Assembly: GCA_964016885.1 (NCBI GenBank)
Contig: OZ024764.1
Coordinates: 20,894,001-20,958,000 of the forward strand
Source: Eledone cirrhosa
Lineage: Eukaryota
Length of the DNA stretch: 64,000 nt
Direction of reading: 5' to 3'
Under the pieces are notes generated by a model. The model was given only the letters and a program-made list of their open reading frames with translations, was not told the DNA's origin and did not search any database. A program made the position numbers and the translations under genes. This document shows positions 37,870 to 50,136 of this stretch, one piece after another; within the stretch, counting starts at the first letter, position 1, and each line of letters opens with the position of its first letter.

Positions 37870-39510
37870 TTCCTCCTCGCGCACAGCCCACCTAGGTATT
37901 CGTTCAACCCGCCGGTGGCCCGATGTTTCGACCGAACTATCACCGGCGATTGCCGATTGCTAAAGTTGCCACCACTTTAACCTAGTCCACTCTAGGTGGG
38001 GGTGTCATGCGTTGAATGACCAAGAGACCTGCTTGGTGGAACGACTAATGTGACAACCGGTCAGCCTCCGACCTCTCATTCTCCACCAACTGCAGCACGC
38101 ACGAGAGGAGCTAACTTGACCCCACCTACCCCTCCTCTCCTTCACGGCAGATTCCGAACGAATCCAACCCGGCCAACCACACCACCCCTACAACTGTTAG
38201 CTCACCACCCAACCCCCGCTTTAGTCCCACCGTTAGAACCAGTGCTGTCTCCTTTACTGACTCACTCCCTTCACCGAATTCCAACGCTGGCCCTCTACTG
38301 CCGGCTGTTGCCAGCCCGCCACCTGATTGCGCCCTCTGTGCTCGCACTAACCAGTACTTAAAGACAATTAAATGTCACCTATGCCACGCAAGCTACCACA
38401 GAAGCTGTGTCGGCATCACCAAAGCTCAAGCCGAAAGGCTCCAACACTGGACCTGTCATCGGTGCCACTTCAGCTCTGACTATTCCGTGGGGATGACCAA
38501 CACTCTACCGACGACTTTGCCACAGCCCCCCAGGGCTTCTCCAAATCAAAGCTCCTTATGAGCCCCGATCACAGACCTGGCCTTCGAGTCAACCATCCAA
38601 TCGAAGATGGTTGGCCTTGAGCAGCTGCTGAGGAATATTGAAGATATCGAACCCCATCAAGGTTTCTTCTTACTCAGGAACTACCTGTCTATTCCTAAGC
38701 TTCTGTATCTGCTCAGGGTCAGCCCCTCTCACAGATTTCCATCCTGCCTCCAACGCTTCGACGACCTAATCTTCGAGAGACTCGAGTGTCTGGTCAATGT
38801 TAGTAAGTGTTCGTCCCTCTCTCTCCCCTGCTTCCTTTCCTCCACCCAAGCTTGCAGCATCCTCTCCTCTCCAACATGGACTAGTTCCAACAGGGAGTTG
38901 TGTGAAGCTCTCCAGCAATGGAGTGAGTTGGGCTTGTCTCTTCCTGAGATGGTGGAGGACAGTCGAAGTCAGAGAACTTGGGACAGGATACGTTGGTATG
39001 CCACCTTCGACTCCCTCTTCGTCCTCTCAGATCAGTCTGCAAGGTGCCGCTTACCATCTGCCAGTGCCAAATACTCCGGTGACTGGGTCGATGCCTTACC
39101 CGTGGCCAAGCGGAGTAAGAGTAGGATCGGAGTAAGCAGCCGAGCGGAGTAAGACCCTCAAATACTCTGATCTGTCGACCTTCTACATTTTTCAGCCTGT
39201 GGCTTTCGAGACGTTTGGGGGAGTCGGGCCGCTGACTGCGAGGTTCCTTTCCTCACTGGCGGCTCGCCTTATAGAGGTAACTGGCGAAATCGCGAGGGCG
39301 CTTCGCTATCCCAGCACCTCAGCCTCGTCATCACCCGAGGTAACACTGCCAGTGTGCTGGCTTGCCTCAAAACTCATTAGAGAGGTTTCCCAGTACCCCT
39401 CGTTGCTGTCTTTTGCTCTGGTGTTGGCTCCGTTGTCCACCCCTTCCTTTACATTTTCTTTAATATTGCAACATTGAAGGAATTTATCTTTCATTGTATC
39501 ATCCTTTATC
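37870..39510 (+). mobile_element. Decayed CRE-like retroelement, multiply deleted
   Basis: Homologous to 19290-22580, with deletions at about 38553, 39110 and 39510. Confidence 0.8.
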
Positions 39511-40172
39511 TACAAATCTAGTCGTTTCCTGCTACTTTGTTCCCTGGGGTATGCCTTAGTATTTGACACCATCTATCTGTCTTACTCCCTAACTAGCAAG
39601 AAGTCAATCTGTCTCATGTGCTCACCTGATTGGTAGGTTATTAGGTGGTTGGTAGGTTTCTTGAAGTGTTGCAAATGGTTAGTTCACTTGCATCACAAAA
39701 TACAAGAAGCCTCACTCCTCCTTCGTTTCTTGAGCCATAACCATGACCACCATGTACCCCAGTGTATCCATCCTGGAGCTGTCCAACATGACCAGTGAAG
39801 TCCCCTGCTATTATAACTAGGTCTCTGTCATTGTGGTTAGCTCTACTTATTCCTTTTCTACATATGGAGCAGGGCCACTTTCCTGAAGGTGTCAGGGTCT
39901 TCTCTCCTATCCATTACCACTTTAGTTTTGGCTAAGTATATTCTCAGAACTTACCATTTCAAATTCTATATCTATAGTTGGTCATCTACATAGAGAAGTT
40001 TCCATAGACAGCCAGTCTTAAACCTCTCTGTTATGGCTTGGAGAACTATGATGAACAACAGTGGGCTGAGAACTAAACCATGATGAACTCCTACCTGTAC
40101 CTTCAATTCCTCACTAAACACACTTTACTGACAGCTTCTAACAAGTCATTCTTCTACACCTAATTTCCTTAA

Positions 40173-40378
40173 CCCTTTAGTATATAAACTGGCCATATCT
40201 GGCCAGAATTCTCCCACATCTTTCTGTTCAAACTGGCCCTAACTGGTCACTTATACTTATGTTAAGGTATTGTTCTCAAAATAAATAACATGAAAATCTC
40301 AGATTTGACATTATGAGAGATAGAGCATTTACTGTGAAAATATAATAGTAAATATAGAGTAATGTGAATACTAAAGGG
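40173..40378. mobile_element. piggyBac-like MITE (copy 3)
   Basis: TTAA|CCCTTTAGTAT...ATACTAAAGGG|TTAA, a perfect 11-bp TIR. Confidence 0.8.
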
Positions 40379-40380
40379 TT

Positions 40381-40677
40381 AATCTAATGTCACTAATAAC
40401 TACTTTTATCAGTCAGTTTAATCTAATGTCACTAATAACTACTTTTATCAGTCAGTATAATCTAATGTCACTAATAACTACTTTTATCAGTCAGTATAAT
40501 CTAATGTCACTAATAACTACTTTTATCAGTCAGTTTAATCTAATGTCACTAATAACTACTTTTATCAGTCAGTATAATCTAATGTCACTAATAACTACTT
40601 TTATCAGTCAGTTTAATCTAATGTCACTAATAACTACTTTTATCACTCAGTTTAATCTACTGCCACTAATAACTAAC
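40381..40677 (+). repeat. 39-bp minisatellite, about 7.5 copies
   Basis: Same unit as in units 1 and 2. Confidence 0.95.
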
Positions 40678-41030
40678 CTATGTTAGTCAGGAAATTCTTC
40701 ACCAAGGAAGGCCTTAGTATTTATTACAGTCCATTTATCAATATAGAAATATTATATGAAATTTGTACTGATGTATTACAAGTTTCTGAGTATCTTATAA
40801 TGTTCTTTTATTATTTCAGAATACCAGAGGACATTGACATTAAAGAGCACGTTACATCAGACATATCCTCAACATTAACCATTTCTAATGAAAGACACTA
40901 CCCATCATTTTCAAATAATTTTGAAAACACTCAACACTTTGAAGTGATTTAGTAATATAACTAAATTTCTCAGTATTAAGCTGTGAATTATGTGAGAAAC
41001 TGAGGTGATTGATATCTTTTAGTAGGAGAT

Positions 41031-42398
41031 ATGTCGAAAAATATAGTAAAATCACCATTCCACTGTGATATCTGTGGTAAATCATTCTCTCGTAGTAATC
41101 ACCTAACTACTCACAAACGTATTCATACAGGAGAGAAACCATATCACTGTGATATCTGTGGTAAAACGTTCTCTAAAAATAATAACCTAACTACTCACAA
41201 ACGTATTCATACAGGAGAGAAACCATATCATTGTGATATCTGTGGTAAATCATTCTCTCGTAGTAATCACCTAACTACTCACAAACGTATTCATACAGGA
41301 GAGAAACCATATCACTGTGATATCTGTGGTAAAACGTTCTCTAAAAATAATAACCTAACTACTCACAAACGTATTCATACAGGAGAGAAGCCATATCAAT
41401 GTGATATCTGTGATAAATCATTCAGTGACAGTAGTAGCTTCAGTGTTCACAAACAAATTCATACAGGAGAGAAGCCACATCACTGTGACATCTGTGGTAA
41501 ATCATTCAGTCACAGAAATGCCTTAACTACCCACAAACGTATTCATACAGGAGAGAAACCATATCATTGTGATATCTGTGGTAAATCATTCCCTTGTAGT
41601 CAGCACCTAACTACTCACAAACGTATTCATACAGGAGAGAAGCCATATCAATGTGATATCTGTGGTAAATCATTCAGTTACAGGAGTAGCATCAGAGTTC
41701 ACAAACAAATTCATACAGGAGAGAAGCCATATCACTGTGACATCTGTGGTAAATCATTCAGTCGCAGTAGTACCTTAACTAACCACAAACGTATTCATAC
41801 AGGAGAGAGACCATATCACTGTGATATCTGTGGTAAAACGTTCTCTAAAAATAATAACCTAACTACTCACAAACGTATTCATACAGGAGAGAAACCATAT
41901 CATTGTGATATCTGTGGTAAATCATTCCCTTGTAGTCAGCACCTAACTACTCACAAACGTATTCATACAGGAGAGAAGCCATATCAATGTGATATCTGTG
42001 ATAAATCATTCAGTGACAGTAGTAGCTTCAGTGTTCACAAACAAATTCATACAGGAGAGAAGCCACATCACTGTGACATCTGTGGTAAATCATTCAGTCA
42101 CAGAAATGCCTTAACTACCCACAAACGTATTCATACAGGAGAGAAACCATATCACTGTCATATCTGTGGTAAATCATTCGGTAACAGAAGTAGCTTAGCT
42201 AACCACAAACGTACTCATACAGGAGAGAAGACACATCGCTGTGACATCTGTGGTAAATCATTCCCTCATAGTTATACCTTAACTACCCACAAACGTACTC
42301 ATACAGGAGAGAAGCCATATCACTGTGACATCTGTGGTAAATCATTCTCTCAAAGTGGTAACTTAACCAAGCATGTGCGTATTCATATAGAAGTTTAG
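41031..42398 (+). CDS. C2H2 zinc-finger protein, 16 fingers (ZNF gene 3)
   Basis: Sixteen intact C2H2 units. Acceptor at 40819 and AATAAA at 42668. Confidence 0.94.
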   Translation: MSKNIVKSPFHCDICGKSFSRSNHLTTHKRIHTGEKPYHCDICGKTFSKNNNLTTHKRIHTGEKPYHCDICGKSFSRSNHLTTHKRIHTGEKPYHCDICGKTFSKNNNLTTHKRIHTGEKPYQCDICDKSFSDSSSFSVHKQIHTGEKPHHCDICGKSFSHRNALTTHKRIHTGEKPYHCDICGKSFPCSQHLTTHKRIHTGEKPYQCDICGKSFSYRSSIRVHKQIHTGEKPYHCDICGKSFSRSSTLTNHKRIHTGERPYHCDICGKTFSKNNNLTTHKRIHTGEKPYHCDICGKSFPCSQHLTTHKRIHTGEKPYQCDICDKSFSDSSSFSVHKQIHTGEKPHHCDICGKSFSHRNALTTHKRIHTGEKPYHCHICGKSFGNRSSLANHKRTHTGEKTHRCDICGKSFPHSYTLTTHKRTHTGEKPYHCDICGKSFSQSGNLTKHVRIHIEV

Positions 42399-42877
42399 CT
42401 GTATCAATATCAAACTCATTACATCATACTACAACAACAACAACAATTGTGTAGATCCATCATCCTTGCTAAAACTGGGGTTAACCTTGTGGGTTTTACC
42501 TATGACAGGGATCATAAACACCAGGTTTCCATTTTTGAAGCAGTGTTTGAAGATTTTGTGTAAATTGAAGTTTTTCACGTTAAACTTTCATTTATTATAC
42601 TTTAACAGGTAAGATATATATTTGTATTTTTAGTAAAGGTTTGGGCATTATGTAATTTAAACCTGCCAATAAAATGAAAACTTTTGTTGTTGCTAGTCTG
42701 ACATTGATATTAATTCTATTGTCCTGTACGTTGTCTCAAATATCACAGATTAAACAGATTTTAACGATAACAACAGAAATCAATAACTTGTAAGCCTAAT
42801 ATCTAGCTTCCATTTTAACTATTTGATATTGTTGTTCCCCTCCTGTCTCTTCAGGTGTTTTAGATTTCAACTTCTAT

Positions 42878-43307
42878 CATCATCATCATCATCATCATCA
42901 TCACCGTTTTACGTCCGTTCTTCCACGCTAGCATTGGTTAGACGGATTGTCGTGTTGTGGGCAGTGTCTGGTTGGCTGACCATGCCTTGCTCATACAGGA
43001 ACTGATTTGGCTTGATTCCTAAAGCTGGATGTCCTTCCTAACACCAACCTCATTTACAGTGAGTGCTGGGTGCTTTTTTGTGGCGCCTACACGTTCACTT
43101 TACAGTGTGGGCTGGGTGCTTTTTTGCCGTGGCACCTCCACAACGACCTTGCGCGGGGTGTGTGTGTGGGGGGGGGGGGGGGGGGGCATATTGTCTATAT
43201 GCTTTAGCTCGTACCCATGGGAGGTCGGGTACGCTGTATTACTGCGTGACGCCAGATGTCACGGACGTGTGTCATTGCCTTTAAGAGGTGTAATTGGGTA
43301 TGGTCGG
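42878..43307 (-). mobile_element. RTE-tailed short retroposon (duplicate of 9821-10234)
   Basis: Same sequence and the same CTTCTATC flanks. Confidence 0.8.
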
Positions 43308-43491
43308 CTTCTATCTACTGTACTATTCCATCACCAAGGCAACATTCATCTGGCTGGCAGCTTACATCAACTACAAATCTCATCAGTGGTTCACAACAGG
43401 CTGCCTGAAAGAAACTTCCAGATATCTTCTATGTCATAGCTATCAATCTCCTCCTCCTTATCATATGTATCATGTAGAACATCTCTGAATT

Positions 43492-43897
43492 TATATTTAA
43501 CAGGGAGATCTTTTACTGTCCTTACCCCTTTTGCTAGATTGTCTTGTACCTCTCTCACAGTCCCTCTAGATCTTATATTTAACAGGGAGATCTTTTACTG
43601 TCCCTACCCTTTCCTCTAGATTGTCTTATTACACTCTCACAGTCCCTATATATCATATTTAACAGGGAGATTCTTTACTGTCTCTACGCTTTTCTCTAGG
43701 TTGTCTTGTACCTCTCTCACAGTCCCTCTAGATCTTATATTTAACGGAGATATTTTACTATCCCTACCCTTTTCTCTAGGTTGTCTTGTACCTCTCTCAC
43801 AGTCCCTCTAGATCTTATATTTAACAGGGAGATCTTTTACTCTCCACCCCTTCTATCTCCAGATAGTCTTGTATCTGTCAGTCCCTCTAGATCTTAC
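43492..43897 (+). repeat. ~82-bp minisatellite, about 5 copies
   Basis: Same as 10419-10825. Confidence 0.9.
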
Positions 43898-44186
43898 ACC
43901 TAGTATCTAGTCTATGTTGAGTGGTATGTCCTTTGCCAGTAAAGGAGTTAATATTCCCAACCATCTGTCTATCCTGTTTTCTGATGAGAATGAAGTTGAT
44001 CTAGTTTATCTCTTCACCTGATTGAAGTAACTAGATCAAGTAACTAGATGTTTTCCTGTAAGTTAGTGTTGCAGTGTTTGTGTCACCATGTAAGGTTTAT
44101 ATCTATTAATATAGAGATGTAGTAAAGTTTTCACTGTTGTATCTCTATTTTCTAAATATCTTAATAATGTTTCTCTACTATTTCAG

Positions 44187-44621
44187 AATATCGCATGACC
44201 TTGACAGAAAAGAGTCTTTTAAAGACAACAGAAAGATGTTACATACAAGTGATATAAACTTGTTTAGTCTGTGGTGAATTATGGTGAAATATTTCTTCTG
44301 AATTGAGATAAATAACAACATTTTCCTTTTTCACTGTCTGGAATATTTACAAGATGATTTTACATTCTGATTAAATATTTACAAAGGAGTTTTCAAAATA
44401 TTTGGATATTGACAAAGATCACATTTGATAAAATTATGAACAATAGAAATATTTACATCAACATAGGAATATTTTCCAGAAGAGATGGGAAAATCATTAT
44501 ACCACTGTAATATTTGTGGTAGAGTATTCTCTCTTCTTTATATGTAGAACATCTAACTAAACACTTTAACTAACAAACTATTGTGCTATAGAATTGACAA
44601 ACTTGAGGAATGTTTAATAAA
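44187..44621 (+). pseudogene. Relic ZNF exon with the mini-ORF MGKSLYHCNICGRVFSLLYM (44485-44547)
   Basis: Acceptor at 44186, a half finger, and AATAAA at 44616. Confidence 0.7.
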
Positions 44622-44675
44622 TGTTACAGATTTCTCCAAACTGTCGTTTACTAACTTTAATTTGAAGCTATATTA

Positions 44676-45068
44676 TCTATATACTACTAAAACTCTGTGA
44701 TCGTGTCTTGTCTGTAATTTAATACAGCTAAAACAGTGCATAATGGGGAAATACTTTGAAAAGAATAAAACAAGTTTTGTATAAATTGGAGCACAGGTTC
44801 CCAAGATACGGGGTTTTCTGGGTACCTTCATAAATATAGGGAGAGAAAGAGATAGTGGTTGTGAGAGTGAGGAGACAGATGGAAGAGAGAGAGAGAGAGA
44901 GCTGCTGGTGTTGTTTAATAAAATGTCTGCGTATATATATATACATATGTGTCTATATATATATTTATGTCTGTATATTTTAACTATTTGAAAATTATTT
45001 TTAAGTGAACATGATTTTAAAATAATAGTTTTAATGGAACGTGACCCAACAGGTCGCGGGTGGTCTAG
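44676..45068 (+). mobile_element. Non-autonomous Helitron (copy 3)
   Basis: A|TC start, subterminal hairpin and CTAG|T end. Confidence 0.75.
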
Positions 45069-45475
45069 TTTGTTACTAAATACTAGATATTAGAGGGTCA
45101 TGTTGTTCTAGATGGGCTGGAAGAGCCATTCCATCTCGTGAGGCTCACACCAGCAGCTAGCCACCTCAGCACCTATGGTGGTATATTTATTATATTATTT
45201 ATTCTTTATCATTAACATTAATATAAAAGATAATTATATATTTTTAGAGAAGAACCTCTAACTTCATATAGCTTAGGGCTTCAGTTGGTAAAAGTCTGCC
45301 CCTGCTTGTCTTGTATTTTTTAGGGGAGAAGTTAGGGAATACTGTTATTGTGTGAAAGTTTTCTAAATCTTCTTCAGCCACTAACATGGAGAAGATATTT
45401 CAGTAAGAAGGTTCACATCCTGACATCTATAGCTGTTAACAATGAGATTGGAATTCATTATTAAACAAATGTTAT

Positions 45476-46245
45476 ATCATCATCACTGTTTAACATCAGT
45501 TTTTCCACGCTGGCATGGGTTAGACGAGTTATCCTGTTGTAAGCAATGCCAGGTCAGGTGACCACGTGTTGCTCCTACAGAACAAATTTTGGATTGGTTT
45601 CTACAGCTGGATGCCCTTCCTAGCACCAACCTTATTTACATTGAGTACTGGGTGCATTTTACCATCTTACCATCACGACCACTTTACAGTGTGCGCTGGG
45701 TGCTTTTTGTTGTGACACCTACATGACCACTTTACAGTGTGCGCTGGGTGCTTTTTGTTGTGACACGTACATGACCACTTTACAGTTTGGACTGGGTGCT
45801 TTTTGTCGTGACACCTACATGACCACTTTATAGTGTGGACTGGGTACTTTTTGTGTGACACCAACATGACCATTTTAAAGTTTTGGCTGGGTACTTTTTG
45901 TTGTCACCTACATGACCACTTTACATTTTGGGCTGGGTGCTTTTTGCTGTGACACCTACGCAACCGCTTTATAGTGTGGGCTGGTTTCTTTTTGTCATAT
46001 CACTTACATGACCAGTTTATAGTATTGGCTGTGTGTTCTTTACAGTGTGGGCTGGTTTCTTTTTGTCATATCACCTACATGACCACCTTATAATGTTGAC
46101 TGTGTGTTCTTTGCAGTGTGGGTTGGGTGCTTTTTGTCATATCTCCTACATGACCACCTTATAATGTTAACTGTGTGTTCTCTACAGTGTGGGTTGGGTG
46201 CTTTTTGTCATATCTCCTACCCAACCACTTTGCAGTGTGGGCAGT
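45476..46245 (-). repeat. Old SINE copy with ~47-bp tandem repeats
   Basis: Homologous to 12322-13035. Confidence 0.68.
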
Positions 46246-47199
46246 GAAATATCAGTAATGCACCAGCTCCAATATTCAGTAATCAGAAGAAGGGAGGTAG
46301 GCATAAAAGCCAAACTTGCTGTCTTCATTAAGGTTTTTGTGCCAACCCTTACCTATGGTCACATATCTTGGGTAATGACCAAAAGAATATGATTGGGAAT
46401 ACAAATGGCAGATATGGGATTCCTCTGAAGGGTCTTTGAAGGAACTTTTCTCAAAGTGCATAGCTCTGAGATCAGAGAGTCACTCCAGGTGGAGCTGTTA
46501 CTTCTCCTAATTGAGAGATCACAGCTGCAATACTATGGCCATGTGGTTAGAATGTCTGAGGAAAGAATCACTGGATAGATTTTACAGGCAAAACTAACCG
46601 GCAGGAGACCCAGGGGTAGACCTGAGCAAGATGGTTACATAACATCCATGAGCTTGGCTGGTCTCTCTGGGAGATCCAGCCAGATCAGTTGGAGTGGGTT
46701 GCTTCTGACAGGACCTGTTGGAGGGAGTGTTTGAGGACTCTGCCCCCAAGACCCTCTCTGGAATGACTGGATTAATAAGAAGATGTTGAGGTTACATAAT
46801 CAACATCAGATTTCCCTGCTAGCAAGGGTTTAATGAGTCTACTTCAACCAAGTAAGTACTGAAGTGAGGCTACTGATCTCCCAGACAGACCAAGGATCTG
46901 AGACTTATTTACATAAGGTCTCATTTGCTACTGAGTGCACAGAAAAGTTTGTCATGTCTTTGTCATGATTGAAGGGTTCTCCGACCCTATTGTCGGGCAA
47001 GCTTTCTATGACTAGATGTCCTTCACATGACCAACCACATTACAACCTGTGTTGGGTGTGTTTATCATGTAGGTGAGGCATAAGAAACTGAGGGTTCCCC
47101 AAGGTCCACATAGGTCACATGTGTTGTCTGAGGGTTGCACACTACAACTAATTATGTACACGACAACTAATTGGTCATTTAATAAAATATATTGCAGAA

Positions 47200-49114
47200 A
47201 GATTTGTTACTTAAATTTAGAAACATACAATGTACATAAAAATGTTTTAGCAGCATTCATGAATACAAAGTAATGAAGTAGTTTGACAAAAAACTAAAAT
47301 TTAACATGTCAACATATACTTGCAGATTGTAACAGCAACAAATACATTGTACACAAATAACAACAGTTGAAAACTGAACATTTATTTGCTACTATTCAAC
47401 CATTTTTAGTGTTTTGTCCTGAGGCTTGACACTTTTTTCTGTTGACAATGTTTGGTATGTCTGGCTGAAATGTCTGTACAGTTCCAACTTTAATCAGAAA
47501 TGACAAGTGTTGATCTGTCAGCCTTGTTCTCTGAGAAGTTTTTGTTAAGCAAAGTACAGACTCAGTATGGGCAGTGATTTTCAGGTCTTTGCACATAAGA
47601 AAATGTATTAAATTTTCATCTGACAACGGAGACTTCCATAAGCTAAGTTTTCTAATGAAGAACTTGATGTCATCATACAACTGAGTGATGGGTTTGTTTT
47701 TACCTTGTAATTTCAAATGAAGATCAGTTAATTGTGCAGTAATATCCACAAAAAAAGCCAGATGTTGGAGCCAACTTTCATCTTTTATTTCATCTGTGTT
47801 TTGACCTTTCATCTCCAAAAACAATTATTTCAACAAATAGAATCTTTTCAGCACTTTGTGACATGTCAACCAGCAGACTTCTGTGTAGAATGGAACATCA
47901 GTGAACTGATTATCCATATCTTCCAACAACTGGCTGAACTGACGGTGGTTGAGAGCACGGCCTCTGATTTAGTTCACTGTCTTTGTGACCAAGCTAAGCA
48001 CATGATGCAATTTTAAAATCCTTGAATATAAATTTTGCTGATGAATAATAGTGAAAATGTGCAAATGATGAATCTAGATATGAGTTTTCTATTTTTGTTT
48101 GTAACTTGGCAGCAACACCATTATGTCTACCAACCATATTTGCAGCACTGTCAGTAGATAAACATGCAAGTTTACTCAGATCAAAACCATGCAGACCCTG
48201 CTTGACCTTCTCAAAGATGTCCTGGCTTGTTATAGTGTCATGCTTGGGGACCAGTTCAATCAGTTCTTCATAAATATTAAATTCACTGTCACAGGCCCTG
48301 ATGAAGAATGCAAGCTGTACTATTCCAGTGATGTCAAGTCTCTTCAATAGCAATAGAAACATGTTCAAACCTTGATGATACAGCCTTTAACTGTTGTTTC
48401 AGATCACCTGACATTTCATTAATCTGTTCAGCAACAGTGTTCCTGGTTAATGAAATGTCTTTGAATAACTCTGCTTTCTCTGGACAATTTCAGCTGTTTT
48501 TACAAGACATTGCTTTACAAAATCTCCTTCACTGTAAGATTTCCCACTCATGGCAATCATTTGACTGAGTTCATAGCTTGCAGTAACGGAAGTGACATTC
48601 TCTTCCTGAATTAACATAAAACAGGTCTGTTGCTTTGTCAAGTTAGACTTCAATTCCTTGAGTCTTGAAACACACATTGGGCCTTCATATTTATCGTAAG
48701 ATCGTGGGTTTGTTTCATAATGTCTTTTTAAATTGTACTCTTTTGGCGTGGAGATGTAGTTGTTGCAAATTAAACAGAGGTATCTTTCTGTTCAGCGTTG
48801 AGCAAAAATACTGTAATTCCCACTTTTCTTGAAACACTTGCCCTTCTTCGTTCAATTTCCTTTTTCTCTTAGCTGGAGGAGCACTAACCATTTCAAAAAC
48901 AAAATCTTTTGAAATTTTGAAAGAAAGTTTTCTGTTAATGAGCTGCACGTGATTAATGGAAGTTAAAAGTAGTTGACAAAAATTACACCAAAAAAACAAT
49001 TGTATCGAAAATGTTCTAAATTTTATATTACGAAAATGAAACATGCTCGCACTGTAAAAACCTTTGTGTGGGCCGCAGGTTTGCTTGCAAAGGGCCGCAT
49101 GTTTGACATGTCTG
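47200..49114 (-). mobile_element. hAT transposon relic (copy 2)
   Basis: Homologous to 14000-16236, with an extra ~320-bp deletion at about 47548. The 5' terminus is CAGACATGTCAAACATGCGGCCC. Confidence 0.85.
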
Positions 49115-49926
49115 ATGTAGGTTACCAACACTAGGGAGGGCAGCATGTCCTTCAGTGTGTTCTGCTACATTAACTACCAGGAGGTCACCACATGAGACAA
49201 AGACTACATTTCAAAGAGGAGTCATAAAAGAACTAAATACGAAAGTACCCACAGCAACAAGCAAATAATTGAGCTTTGGGTCTAGGTCAAGGGGCAGAAG
49301 TGCTGCGCCCTGTGGATAAGACTGCAAAAGTATTCGCCCCGGGCGATGGACAGTGACGCCCACTGCAACAGCCACTCCAACCTCATGGGACTCCCTCTTC
49401 AGAAGGGCCACCAACGTTCTGATCTTACAGAGGAGCTTGGCAGTACGGGGTCCAAGTACTTCTGAGGTCTCGATGGTGACCGGTGTGATGAGACCTACAA
49501 TTGATGTCATCCCAGTTATGTTGGACTGTAATATACTGGGGTATAGAGAGGCCTTAACCTGACACAGCCGGGCCACCCAGGGTTGTGTCATCTAGGTACC
49601 AGACAGGGGTAACTAGACCATGTTGTCAACTGTCAGCACCAATAGGAGTGAGGCGAGTGGGTCCCCTTGCTAGACACCATATATAAAAACGTATTTGCTA
49701 ATTACTTTAATGAATAATTTGTTTCATACGTAATTATTACTTTTAACACAATAGAATTTTGTACACGTGTTTGTTTGAAAACATCTTTCAAAGAAGTATG
49801 AGACAGTCTTTTGTAGTGTTTATTATAATAAATTACTGTATGTTGAGCTGTTTTAACTTCTCCACCTTCTATTATTTTATATTGTTTTTGTAAAAAAACG
49901 AGATCTTTTTCATATATATATATGAA

Positions 49927-50136
49927 GGCGTGTGGCTGAGTGGTTAGAGAATTGGATTCGGAATTGTGAGGTTGTGAGTTCGATACCCAGACCGGGCGAT
50001 GCGTTATGTCCTTGAGCAAGACATTTTATTTCACGTTGCTCCTTCTACCTGGAGTTGCGACCGATAGATAGTATTAGCAATTGGAAATACCAATGGAAAC
50101 ATTGTTTCCTCGGTCCGATTTGACGAAAAGTCGATC
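49927..50136 (+). mobile_element. tRNA-derived CORE-type SINE (copy 2)
   Basis: A and B boxes and gtccttgagcaagaca, as at 17051. Confidence 0.8.
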
